Shown here one piece after another: positions 9,395-20,711 of a stretch of DNA of 44,087 bases; within the stretch, counting starts at the first letter, position 1, and each line of letters opens with the position of its first letter. Below the pieces are notes generated by a model. That model searched no databases. It had not been told where the DNA came from and was given only the letters and a program-made list of their open reading frames with translations. The position numbers were made by a program, and so were the translations under genes. The stretch is from Macrostomum lignano (lineage: Eukaryota), in the NCBI GenBank assembly GCA_002269645.1, contig NIVC01004498.1:1-44087 (forward strand), read 5' to 3'.

Positions 9395-12317
9395 CTAAAA
9401 GTCCTTCAGCCTGGCCATATCGGCTCGAAAACCTTCCCAGATCTGTTCGAGCACGCCAGGCTGCGTCAGAATATCGATGCCAGTCATAGCCAGCGCCTTG
9501 GCCTGAGTCAGGGCGTGCGGCTGAGCAGCTGGGTCGCCAGCCAGCTCAGCAAAATCGCGTGTGTGAATAGCCGCCTGGCCACCAACTGAGAACATTGGAT
9601 GAACTGACGGCACCTCGTAGCTCACGTTGCCCATGTCTGTGGAGCCGATAACCGCATCTGGCTCTGATTCTAGGAAAGGCTCATTCAATCTGACCAAGTT
9701 CTTCGTGTAAAATTTAATCAAAGACTCGTTGGTTATCAAGTTACTGTTGGCGTGTCCGTTTATCTCGGACTGCCAACTGCAGCCAGTGGCGAGAGCGGCA
9801 GCGTCAAAGCAGGCATCCACTTTGCGACGCAAAACGGCGAGTTCTTTGTCTGTTGGAGCGCGGATGTAGTACTCTGCGGGAGAGCAGGTACATCTGGGAT
9901 AGGCAAACTTTCGTTTGGAGTGTCTATTTATCTGTTTGGATGATTGATTCGAACTTTAAAACGGCCCTTTTAGGGCTATTATCGCTTTGTGATTTTAACT
10001 GTAAAATGGCCTTTCTGGGACTCTACTTGCTTTGTGATTTTATATGCAAAGTGTAAATAAAAATTCCTAAATGTCGACAACTTCTAGAATGAAAACCCTG
10101 TAATGACAATCAAACTTAGAGGGGTTGGAAATATATGGTGCGCACTTGAAGCATTTAGTTTTGTAAATCAGGAAAACAGGGACTCTTTTATGTACTATGT
10201 CCAATGCATCTTGATGAGTCACCTGGTAAGACATTGACCGCGAGAGAGTGGCAACAGGTCAATTCCGCTGTGAAAGACTAACCGCCCTGATCTGAGGTAG
10301 AAATACAATGGGGCGCTTTTATACAAGACCTAAAAATCGCATCGCCGAAAGTCAAATTAGAACGGTCAATTCACAAGACCTGAACTTCACAAGACCTAAA
10401 CTTCACAAGATCCTAACTTCATAGGACCTAAACTTCACAGGACCTGAACTTCATAGGACCTAAATTTTACAAATCCAAAAACTTTACAAGACCTAACATT
10501 CACAGAACCTAAATTTCATAGACCCAAAACTTGACAGGACCTAAACTTCAGAGAAACTAAACTTCATAAGACCTAAACTGTATAGGACCTAAATTTCACG
10601 AGACCTATACATCACAGGACTTAGGATTCACATGGCTTTCTTTTTCTACTATTAGTAGGCAATGCTAGGCATGTAAGATTCGATAAAAATCAAAGGGACA
10701 TGACTTATTTTTAAACCGGATCATCGCGTACCCAGCACAGCTCGCTCAGGGATGATGTTGGGCCGCTGGCCGCCCTCCTTCACGATGCCGTGCACCCGCC
10801 AGTCCGGCCGCATCTGCTGCCGCAGGTTCGACACGCTTTGGTAGGCCGTCACGGCCGCGTCAAGGGCGTTGAGGCCCTCCCAGGGCGAGCCGGCAGCGTG
10901 GGACGCCTTGCCGGTGAAGGTGACGTCGAATGCCTGGATGCTAAGCGCACGCGGACGAGCCACAGTCAGCTTGTAGGGGTGCGCCATCATTGCGACGTCC
11001 ACATCGGTGAAGAATGCCGATCTGCACAGTGTTCAGCGGCGTGTGACATGCGCTTCTTAGTCGTTTAAACTTAAAGAGTCGTTTAAGCGTCATTGCAGTT
11101 GACATAAGTAAAATAGGAAAGAGTCTCTAAATGACTCTAAAACGATGAGATGTTCCGGTACAAGCCGTCAAAAAGTCATTAACGAGTCCGTCAAGATTCA
11201 TGAATTACCTTCAAGCATTTTATTGCCTCTAGGGCGACGCTGGAGCAACGTTATAACGACTCTGGGGTCGTAAAGTCGTGTTTGAGGCGTGCTAAAGTCG
11301 CTGTAGAGTCACTGAGTTGCGTTTGAAGCGCAATTGCATCGCATGATGAATTGAGCCGCATCTCTAGCAATAGTAAGCGCCAACACGATTCTTGTATGAC
11401 TCTTGCGCAACTCTTTTACGGTTCTGCAACTGACGTAACGCGCTAATTGTGACGCAAAAGTCGCCTCTCCGTCGTATTGCAGTCGTTTGAGTCGTCAAAA
11501 GTCACAAGAGTTGCCGCAAAATCACTAGCAATGGCTCTTTAGCGATTCTTGTCATGGTAACGTTTTTAACGGGAAAGTACGAGTAGCATTGCGATAGTAT
11601 CCGAATACAATGATAAAAACCATCGAGATTGAATTTCTTAGAATGTGCCGCTTCAAAAATAACACCAAGATTAAGTGTCCGAATTTTGCGCACACACTTC
11701 TTTTCCTGTCACAGTACCAGTATGTCATAACCTCTATGTTCTAAAACTATTATCGATAATTACTGTTTCTTATTAAAGTCATATAAATTCTTCACAACTC
11801 ACTGAACCAACAGAGCAAGATATATTACAGAGAAAATGCTATTGACTAGATTCCGTGCGTGGCCCCACCAAGTCTTAGTAGTCGCACCTGATCATGTCGA
11901 TCTTTCCGCCGTGTGCCTCCTCTGCCGGCGTCCCGAGCACCGTGACCCTGCCGGCCAGGCCGCCCGCCTCCATGGCCGCCTTGATGCCCAGACCGGCGCC
12001 CACCGCCACCTCGGCGATCAGGTTGTGTCCGCAGGCGTGCCCGATGCCCGGCAGAGCGTCGAACTCGCACATCACGGCGATGTGGGGCCGCCCGGCGCCA
12101 GCAGACCCGAACTCGGCCTTGAACCCGGTGTCCAGCACGAAGTGCCGCGTCACGCTGAAGCCTGACGACTCCAGCGTCTCCGTCAGCAGCTGGTGCGCCA
12201 TTCGCTCCTCCAGCGCCAGCTCCGGGTTCTGCCACAGGCGGGAACTGACGCCGAGCAGCAGCTCGTGCGACTCGTCGATCTTGGCGGCCGCGACATCCTT
12301 CAGCTGCGCGGCTCCAT
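9395..12317 (-). CDS. PM20D2: PM20D2-like dipeptidase, copy C (3 exons: 12317-11888, 11021-10732, 9873-9395), with an apparent 1-nt deletion at codon 4
   Basis: M20 motifs are intact. Splices KIDMI-R-SAFFTD and ERAVL-E-YYIRAP are in frame. The homologous ATG (ATG GAG CCG CG CAG CTG) is 1 nt out of frame, and the spliced length of 1199 nt is one short of 1200. Confidence 0.8.
10370..10625. repeat. Degenerate 16-bp intronic minisatellite
   Basis: Unit about CACAAGACCTAAACTT, roughly 15 copies. Confidence 0.85.
11070..11600. mobile_element. Copy of the GACTC-rich dispersed repeat inside the copy C-specific intron
   Basis: GACTCTAAAACGA.GAGATGT..CGGTACAAG.CG and GTCACTGAGTTGCGT match 8080-8290; CTTTAGCGATTCTTGTCATGGTAACGTTTT is the reverse complement of 8359-8390. 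Confidence 0.7.
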
Positions 12318-12884
12318 CGGGACAGCGGCGAGTAAGCCGCTGAAAGTTGGTCAACACAATTTTGTGCCAGAGAACCGCAACTGTGCCTGCATGCAGTGAC
12401 AGCCAGTGGTAACATGTGCAGTACCACAGGGTCTATCTATGCAGTTCATGCAACGTATAACGTGTGCTACAAAAACACACAGGCCGTTCTGTGGGAATCG
12501 GAACTTGCAAGTATTTGGTTTTACGAGTGTCTGTACTCTGTAGATAAAGATATCTAGATAAAACAAAGCCAGCGGAATGAGTGCCCCGCACCGAAGCTAC
12601 AGTGCTTGGCATAATCGAAATGACACACGCATTCAAGAGAATCGAGGCAAGTTGCAAGTATTGAATATTAGTCAAGTTTTCTGATATCTTTAACGTTTCA
12701 ACCTTAGTAGGCAGTTGGAGGAACTGACACGTGAAATGTATTAGCTTTTATTGAAATCATAAAATTGCAGTTACTATTTCAAAGCCAAAGATCAATACAT
12801 ATTAAATAACGGTTTTCGAAAGAAACTCTGAGCGTAACAAAGTTTATCTTAGTCACCACGAGAATTGTTAGTATCTTAGAGACT

Positions 12885-13445
12885 ATGGGATTCCCGAATC
12901 AGATGAGTCTTGGCATCTCCGGGATTCCCTAAGGAGTCTTGGCATCTTCGGGATTCCCCAATGCGTCTTGGCATTTCCGGGATTCCCCAATGCGTCTTGG
13001 CATTTCCGGGATTCCCCAACAATTCTTAGCATCTCCGGAATTTCCCAAGGAGTTTTGGAATTTCCGGGATTCCCCAACGAGTCTTGGCATCTCCGGGATT
13101 CCTCAATAAGTTTTGACATCTCTGGGATTCACCAATGAGCTTTGGCATCTCGGGATTTCCCAATGAGTCTTAGCATCTCCGGGATTCCCCAAATGAGTTT
13201 TGGCATCTCCGGGATTCCCCAATGAGTCTTGGCATCTCGGGATTCCCCCAATGAATCCTGGATCCTGGCATCTCTGGGATTTCCCAAAGAGCATTGGCAT
13301 CCCATTCCCCAATGAGTCTTGGCATCTCCGGGATTCCCCAATGAATCTTGGCATATCTGGGATTCCCCAATGAATCTTGGCATATCTGGGATTCCCCAAT
13401 GAGTCTTGGCATCTCCGGGACTCCCCAATGAGCTGTCTTGGCATC
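12885..13445. repeat. 29-bp minisatellite
   Basis: Unit CCGGGATTCCCCAATGAGTCTTGGCATCT, about 19 degenerate copies. Confidence 0.95.
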
Positions 13446-14439
13446 TCAGCAACTCTTTAAGCCTCGAAATTAATCATTATTAGCAATGGCTTTAAAGAAT
13501 AAATAGAATTAACACTAACTTCGACATCTCATCACGTAAACATTTTAAGCTCATAATGCAAGCAAAGTTTAAGTACTGCCTTTTTGATAAGAACATTTTA
13601 ATCCTTTAGAACAAATAATTTAGGTCGAAAAAATCCATCTAAAACTCGATTCGAATATTTTTTTATTAATTAGATGTACTTTCCAATCGTCAGGCCTTTG
13701 ACATTGGCGTTAGCCCCCATGGGATTTCACAACCCGCCAGCCCCAAATGAATGTGGGGCTCACGCCATGAAAAGTTCTAAATGTACTTCACAAATAGACC
13801 CTTCATTTCGACACGAAAGTTTTTTGAAAGATTCCTTAACCTAGCTAATCTGCTAGTAAATTATAACAATAAATAAACGAAGCCAGAAGAGAACAGCCAA
13901 GTGACCAATCAAAAAATTTTTTCAGAAGAAAATCCAGATGGTTCAATCGCACCTGGAACACCATTTCAGACAATTTTTCAACCACCATAAATTCCCAATT
14001 TTTTTATCTGTGCAGCGCATAATTTTGCAAAAAAATTGATCTCACTTGATATAAACGATTTGCAAAACAATTGTGCTTTAAATTTCACAATACACACATA
14101 CACACGATATAGAAGTGATATTTGAAGATTTTTTAAAATTAAAAAAAATCACAAAACATAAACACAGAGGCAGAGAGATGCGCAATTCAAAACTATGCGA
14201 GTTGAAGTAATAGCCGCAAATAACAAAAAATGCCAACACCATTCACAATACAATATTATGAAGTCATAACAGATTTAGGATTACTATAATAGAAATCGAA
14301 TGGTTCAGAGACAGATTATATAATTATTAATTAGTATGGGAATTTATCAACACCCACAACAGTACAATATAAAGGTACTGAGTACACAAAACAAAAACAT
14401 TTCTTCGTCATGTTTTGACATGTTGATTTCTCTGACACA

Positions 14440-15212
14440 TTAGTGACATCAGTGACACAACAGTGACATTAGTGACACACTAAGTGACATTAGTGACACA
14501 CTACGAGTAAGTGACATCAGTGACACACAGTGACATTAGTGACACACTAAGTGACATCAGTGACACACAGTGACATTAGTGACACACTAAGTGACATCAG
14601 TGACACACAGTGACATCAGTGACACACTAAGTGACATCAGTGACACACTAAGTGACATCACTGACACACTCAAGTGACACATCAATGACACATCAGTGAC
14701 TTCAGTGGCACAGCAATGACTTCAGTGACATTAGTGACACACTAGTGATATCAGTGGCATAGCAGTGACACATTAGTGACATCAGTGGCATAGCAGTGAC
14801 ACATCAGTGACATAAGTGAAACAGCAGTGACACATTAGTGGCATCAGTGAAACAGCAGTGACACATTAGTGACATCAGTGAAACAGCAGTGACACATTAG
14901 TGACATCAGTGAAACAGCAGTGACACATTAGTGACATCAGTGAAACAGCAGTGACACATTAGTGACATCAGTGAAACAGCTGTGACACATTAGTGACAAC
15001 AGTGACACAACAGGGACATCAGTGACACAGCAGTGACATCAGTGACACAGCAGGGACATCAGTGACACAGCAGGGACATCAGTGACACATTAGTGACATC
15101 AGTGACACAGCAGGGACATCAGTGACACAGCAGGGACATCAGTGACACAACAGGGACATCAGTGACACAGCAGTGACATCAGTGACACAGCAGTGACATC
15201 AGTGACACATCA
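14440..15212. repeat. CAGTGACA-core composite minisatellite directly 3' of the UFSP2 stop
   Basis: Repeats of CAGTGACAC/CAGTGACAT forming variable units of about 20-31 bp. Confidence 0.95.
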
Positions 15213-15213
15213 G

Positions 15214-17962
15214 TCAGACGCCCATATCCGGCTGCGGTATGCACAAATTGTAGTGCACATCGGATTTAAAAAACGAGGCGGATTTCCAACCGCACCAGCC
15301 GTCTTTGCTGAGCTGCTTGGCGTCCGTCTCGGAGCCGGTGTAGTGCGGATCCAGCACTAGCCAGCGCACCTCGCCGCTGGCCTCGTTCAGACTGCAGCCA
15401 AGCAGAGTGTGGGCGTACTGGCCGCCGCCAATCATCACCGGGCAGCCGATGGTTTCGAAATGATGCAACAGCAGACGGGCCTGGCATTGTGTTGCAGCAT
15501 GAGATGAAGAGGGCAGTGAGCTGCTTCTTGTATAGTGGCTGTGCTAATCTGTCTGGCTAACTGCTCCCTAATCTGGCTATCTGCTCCATAATCTGTCTGG
15601 CTATCTGCTCCCTAATCTGGCTATCTGCTCCCTTATCTGTCTGGCTATCTGCTCCCTAATCTGGCTATCTGCTCCCTAATCTGGCTATCTGCTCCCTAAT
15701 CTGGCTATCTGCTCCCTTATCTGTCTGGCTATCTGCTGCCTAATCTGGCTATCTGCTCCCTAATCTGGCTATCTGCTCCCTTATTTGTCTGGCTATCTGC
15801 TCCCTAATCTGGCTATCTGCTCCCTAATCTGGCTATCTGCTCCATAATCTGTCTGGCTATCTGCTCCCTAATCTGGCTATCTGCTCCCTTATCTGTCTGG
15901 CTATCTGCTCCATAATCTGTCTGGCTATCTGCTCCCTAATCTGGCTATCTGCTCCATAATCTGTCTGGCTATCTACTCCATAATCTGTCTGGCTATCTGC
16001 TCCCTAATCTGTCTGGCTATCTGCTCCATAATCTGTCTGGCTATCTGCTCCCTAATCTGTCTGGCTATCTGCTCCCTAATCTGTCTGGCTATCTGCTCCA
16101 TAATCTGTCTGGCTATCTGCTCCATAATCTGTCTGGCTATCTACTCCATAATCTGTCTGGCTATCTACTCCCTAATCTGTCTGGCTATCTGCTTCCTAAT
16201 CTGTCTGGCTATCTGCTCCCTAATCTGGCTATCTGCTCCCTAATCTGGCTTTGTTTTCTAATCTGGCTATCTGCTCCCTAATCTGGCTACCTACTCTAAT
16301 CTGGATATCTGCTCCCTAATCTGGCTATCTACTCCCCAATCTGGTCCCATTTTCAAATTCGAAAGATCAGGAAGAAGCTCATGAAAGACCTCACCTGTTC
16401 AGGCAGGTCAACACCCCGAGACACGTGCACCAGACGGGCGGCAACTCCGGTTAAACTTTTCAACGCGTAGGACAGTTCCACAGCGCCAAGCCACTGCCTA
16501 GATCCGATCAATGACTTCGGCTTGTCGCCCAGATCAACCAAGGCTCGTTGGATTGCTTCGTGTTTAGGCACGGGAGCGTCTATAACACCGCGACGGCGCA
16601 ACCAAGACACGATGGTTTGCAGAGATCTGTGGAGAGGATTATTTTTCCCGTCGGAAAAATGGAGTATCGAAAATATGAATTGTCGGAGTTATGAATTTCT
16701 GAGGATATAAAGAGTCGGAGATGTGAAGTGTCGGAGATCAGAAGTGTCGGAGATCTGAATTGTCGGAGATCAGAAGTGTCGGAGATCTGAATTGTCGGAG
16801 ATCAGAAGTGTCGGAGATCTGAATTGTCGGAGATCAGAAGTGTCTGAGATCTGAATTGTCGGAGATCAGAAGTGTCGGAGATCTGAAGTCGGAGATCGGA
16901 GTCGAAGACATGAAGTTGGAGACAAGAAGTCGGAGATATGAAGTGTCGCAGATATGAAATTGGAGATGTGAGTTGTCGGAGACATGAAGTCGGAGATAGT
17001 CCATTCAAATTCAACAAGACCAACCTGTAGGCGCAGCCCCAGCCGGAGTCGTGGAAGCCGCAGCTGCCATAGTGATAATAAGCATAATCTCCTTGCACTA
17101 GCCGGGTGACCCAAGGCGCTGTATCCGGCTGCGGCTTGGCCTTCAAATGCGGATTAATCACTAGCCTACCAGACTCATCTTCATCAGCTCCATTTCCAGC
17201 ATCACTAGTAGACAGCAGCTGGTCTGCAGCGAACTTCAGTCGCATTGCTGGCCAGAACACTGGTCGAGTTTTCGGCACGCCAAGCTGCTCGTGCCAGCCG
17301 TGACGCAGCTGACGCAACTCGTCTGTGTCTGCGCCAATGGGATAAAACACCCGAATCAGGCGGGGCCGGCCGCCAACTAATGGTTCGGTTAATCGATAAT
17401 AATTAGTATCTACAGGCCGGCGCCACTTGGCAACAGTTAGGCCTAGCTGACGGACATAATCCACCAGACCAGCGTCTAATCTTTGCCAGACTTCATCGTC
17501 CTCGAAATCGCCGCCAATCAACAATGGACAAAGATAATTGATTTTTATGCCAACGCTAACGCAGCTCGATCTATTAGTACCGCTACTAGATACCGTAGCA
17601 ACCGTTGCTATGGGAACAGTACAATCAACATCGATTGTACCGTGACTCCAACGGCAATACAATTCAGTTGGCGAGTCTACAGATGCCGAATTGGAAGAAT
17701 TAGCGGCGAGCAGTTTAGCTAAAGAAGCTCCATCGGATACTAACATCGATGCTCGAGCGGAGACCAATCTTCGCCTGTCATTTTCGAATCTTTCTACAAA
17801 CGATTCCGGCAGCGCGGCCCAGCTAGACGCGTCAGCGGTCAGCCAGCAGGTGACGCGAATGTACACTAGACGGCGATGTTTCGCGTCGCTGACGCCGCCT
17901 TCAAATGACACTTCACCTCCGGTTGGGAGGTCGTCGTAGAGATCCACAGCTTGGTCCGACAT
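15214..17962 (-). CDS. UFSP2: Ufm1-specific cysteine protease 2 (3 exons: 17962-17025, 16626-16395, 15480-15214; 478 aa)
   Basis: YYHY...DSGWGCAYRSLQTIVSW (catalytic Cys), PVMIGGG, DPHYTG (Asp/His) and GWCGWK..F..YNLC. GT-AG introns join in frame; total 1437 nt. Confidence 0.93.
15545..16345. repeat. 20/24-bp intronic minisatellite
   Basis: CTAATCTGGCTATCTGCTCC and CTAATCTGTCTGGCTATCTGCTCC variants interspersed. Confidence 0.95.
16680..17000. repeat. 16-bp intronic minisatellite with a 32-bp dimeric higher-order unit
   Basis: GTCGGAGATCAGAAGT alternates with GTCGGAGATCTGAATT. Confidence 0.9.
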
Positions 17963-18064
17963 GCAAGATTAATTGACTGCTTGTTGCAAAACTCTTTGTA
18001 TCACGAAAGGCTTAGAATTATAAAAATTACTGGGGTAGATACTCACAACTTCAGGATTTGAGTA

Positions 18065-18780
18065 GATGTGGTGTCTGAGACTCTCTGGGAGATTTGGGAA
18101 GCTGTGGTGTCTGAGACTCTCTGGGAGATTTGGGAAGCTGTGGTGTCTGAGACTCTCTGGGAGATTTGAAGCTGTGGTGTCTGAGACTTCTGGAGATTTG
18201 GAAGCTGTGATGTCTGAGACTCTCTGGGAGATTTGGAAGCTGTGATGTCTGAGACTCTCTGGGAGATTTGGAAGCTGTGGTGTCTGAGACTCTCTGGGAG
18301 ATTTGGAAGCTGTGTGTCTGAGACTCTCTGGGAGATTTGGGAAGCTGTGGTGTCTGAGACTCTCTGGGAGATTTGGGAAGCTGTGGTGTCTGAGACTCTC
18401 TGGGAGATTTGGGAAGCTGTGGTGTCTGAGACTCTCTGGGAGATTTGGGAAGCTGTGGTGTCTGAGACTCTCTGGGAGATTTGGGAAGCTGTGGTGTCTG
18501 AGACTCTCTGGGAGATTCGGGAAGCTGTGGTGTCTGAGACTCTCTGGGAGATTCGGGAAGCTGTGGTGTCTGAGACTCTCTGGAGATTCGGGAAGCTGTG
18601 GTGTCTGAGACTCTCTGGGAGATTTGGGAAGCTGTGGTGTCTGAGACTCTCTGGGAGATTCGGGAAGCTGTGGATGAGACTCTCTGGGAGATTCGGGAAG
18701 CTGTGGTGTCTGAGACTCTCTGGGAGGTTCGGGAAGCTGCGGTGTGAGACTCTCTGGGAATTTGGGAAGCTGCGGTGTCT
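18065..18780. repeat. 36-bp intergenic minisatellite
   Basis: Unit GGGAAGCTGTGGTGTCTGAGACTCTCTGGGAGATTT, about 20 copies. Confidence 0.96.
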
Positions 18781-19291
18781 TAGCTTAGTGAAAGAAAATA
18801 CTTGAAATAAAGTCAAAGAAAAAGTAACTGTTTGAAAACAAGATGTTTATTTTTCAAAGTTTATGCTCCAAGTTTCTGAAACAGCGCCTTATTAGCTGTT
18901 TCAACACAATTTATCAAGTTGGTTGTTGATGACAACTAGAGTTCCAGGGGGCCGGCCATTTCTAGAAAAAAATCTACTTCAAGTTTAAATTGAACGAGAA
19001 GAGAAGAGCACAACAGAAGCAAATATGATGCGTGAAGGGGGGAGGCTTCCTATAGATTTTCTACCAGACTAAGCAACAATATTCGCAATATATTACTACT
19101 TGACATTTAGGATCGTATAAGTAGACGATAAAGATAATTTGAATTTAGAAATGTTTTATTTTGTTAAAATGTTGTTTAAGATACTACTATGAGGGAACCT
19201 TGCGCGTGTGCTTTAGTAAGTGTTTAGCAGTTTATTCTTGTCAATTGAATTAGTCTAGTCTTCATTATGATTATAGCCATTAATCCGTTCA

Positions 19292-20589
19292 TCAATGCAA
19301 ATTAACCAACGGTGACCGCAGATTGCCAAGACTGTCTTCCAGCTCTTTCCAGGTCTTCGGCGGCAGGGCGGCCTCTAGGTTGCCCTGTTCGATGGGGCCA
19401 ACAACCATGGGGTAGTTGTAGACCAGAACCTGGTACTCTTCGTCAAGCTGATCGAAGGAGCGCTTGCCTTCGGGCAGCTTGTGGTAGGCCTCGTAGCAGT
19501 CGGTGATGCGCTTGCGCAGGTCCTGGAAGTACTCGTCGTACGACACTAGACGCATGTGGTTGCCGCAGTAGCACCTGATGGTGTGGGTGAGCCAGAGAAG
19601 TGGCACGATTGAAAATGTAGATTGGTGTTAAGAGTTCACTGAAGTAGCAAGGATTTCCTGGCTGAACTTCGAGATTGCCTTATTAAGGATCTCCTTAAAA
19701 GAATTTGCGAGGATCCCCATAGAATGCGCGAGGATTCCCTAACGAAATGCGCCAGGATTCCCTAACGAAATGCGCCAGGATTCCCTAACAAAATGCGCCA
19801 GGATTCCCTAACGAAATGCGCGAGGACTCCCTAACGAAATGTGCGAGCATTCCCTAACGAAATGCGCGAGGATTCCCTAACGAAATGCGCGAGGACTCCC
19901 TAACGAAATGTGCGAGCATTCCCTAACGAAATGCGCGAGGATTCCCTAACGAAATGCGCGAGGATTCCCTAACGAAATGTGCGAGGATTCCCTAACGAAA
20001 TGCGCGAGGATTCCCTAACGAAATGCGCGAGGATTCCCTAACGAAATGCGCGAGGATTCCTCCTCCCCATAGAATGCGCGAGGATTCCCTCAATCCTTAC
20101 CCCATAACTAAAAAAACTAGACAGTGTGAATTGGATTTAAAAAAATCGATAATACCTTTGATTAACATCCTTATGCAGAAAGGTGTAGGAAGTGTAAGTC
20201 TCCTGGCACGGGCAGCCAACCTGACGATAGTGACTGTGGCTGGGCACGAGATGCGGCCTCTCCTTAGTATTGGGGAAGAATCGGTACAGTTTAGTCTCAT
20301 AGAACTGGTCGTTGCCAGCCATCTCGGCCAGCTTTTCAAGTCTAGACCGACCGACAGCGTAACCAAGAGCGTCCGGTAGGCCATAGTCGCCAAACTGTTT
20401 GCCCTTGTGCATGTCAAGGTATTCCATGTCTTTCTCTAGGAAATTCTCTTTAGTAGTGTTTTCAACCACTTGGTGACCGTGACCGCCGCTCAGGCTGCGA
20501 ACGGCACCTCCGAGTGACTGCAGGCTGGCGCGGCCGGTCAGGAAGGCGCCGGTTGCGCGGCCAGACAAAGCCAGTACGAAGCGAGACAT
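19292..20589 (-). CDS. COX5B: Cytochrome c oxidase subunit 5B-like with a C-terminal extension (2 exons: 20589-20156, 19574-19292; 238 aa)
   Basis: Arg/Ser/Ala/Leu-rich presequence-like N-terminus, then TKERPHLVPS..RQVGCPC. The phase-2 splice gives FLHKDVNQ-R-CYCGNHMRLV, completing the four Zn-ligand Cys of COX5B. Confidence 0.85.
19720..20090. repeat. 23-bp intronic minisatellite
   Basis: Unit GGATTCCCTAACGAAATGCGCGA. Confidence 0.95.
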
Positions 20590-20711
20590 GATTTTTTTAT
20601 TGTTGCTGTTTGAGAGGCTATCGATACGGTCGTTATTAGGGCGCTTAGGACTTGCGCATCAATTTTGAGTATGCTTAAGCATTTTTAAAGGTGTTTTGTG
20701 TAGACGGATTC

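Noticed and set aside
12883-13452. ORFs with RCQDSLGNP/GIPEMPR repeats
   Set aside because: Translations of the 29-bp minisatellite.
14420-15213. UFSP2 downstream array as a 3' UTR intron
   Set aside because: A CAG is present at the far end but the donor (GTGTCA) is weak; unsupported without transcripts.
16802-17024. C-terminal part of the 386-aa ORF after AYR
   Set aside because: Read-through into intron 1 of UFSP2; the true frame continues at 16626.
18043-18816. 257-, 190- and 101-aa repeat ORFs as a repetitive protein
   Set aside because: A 36-bp unit keeps the frame open automatically; no flanking exon structure was found.
19575-19606. MPLLWLTHTI as part of COX5B
   Set aside because: It lies upstream of the acceptor at 19575; the upstream exon already supplies the homologous FLHKD segment.
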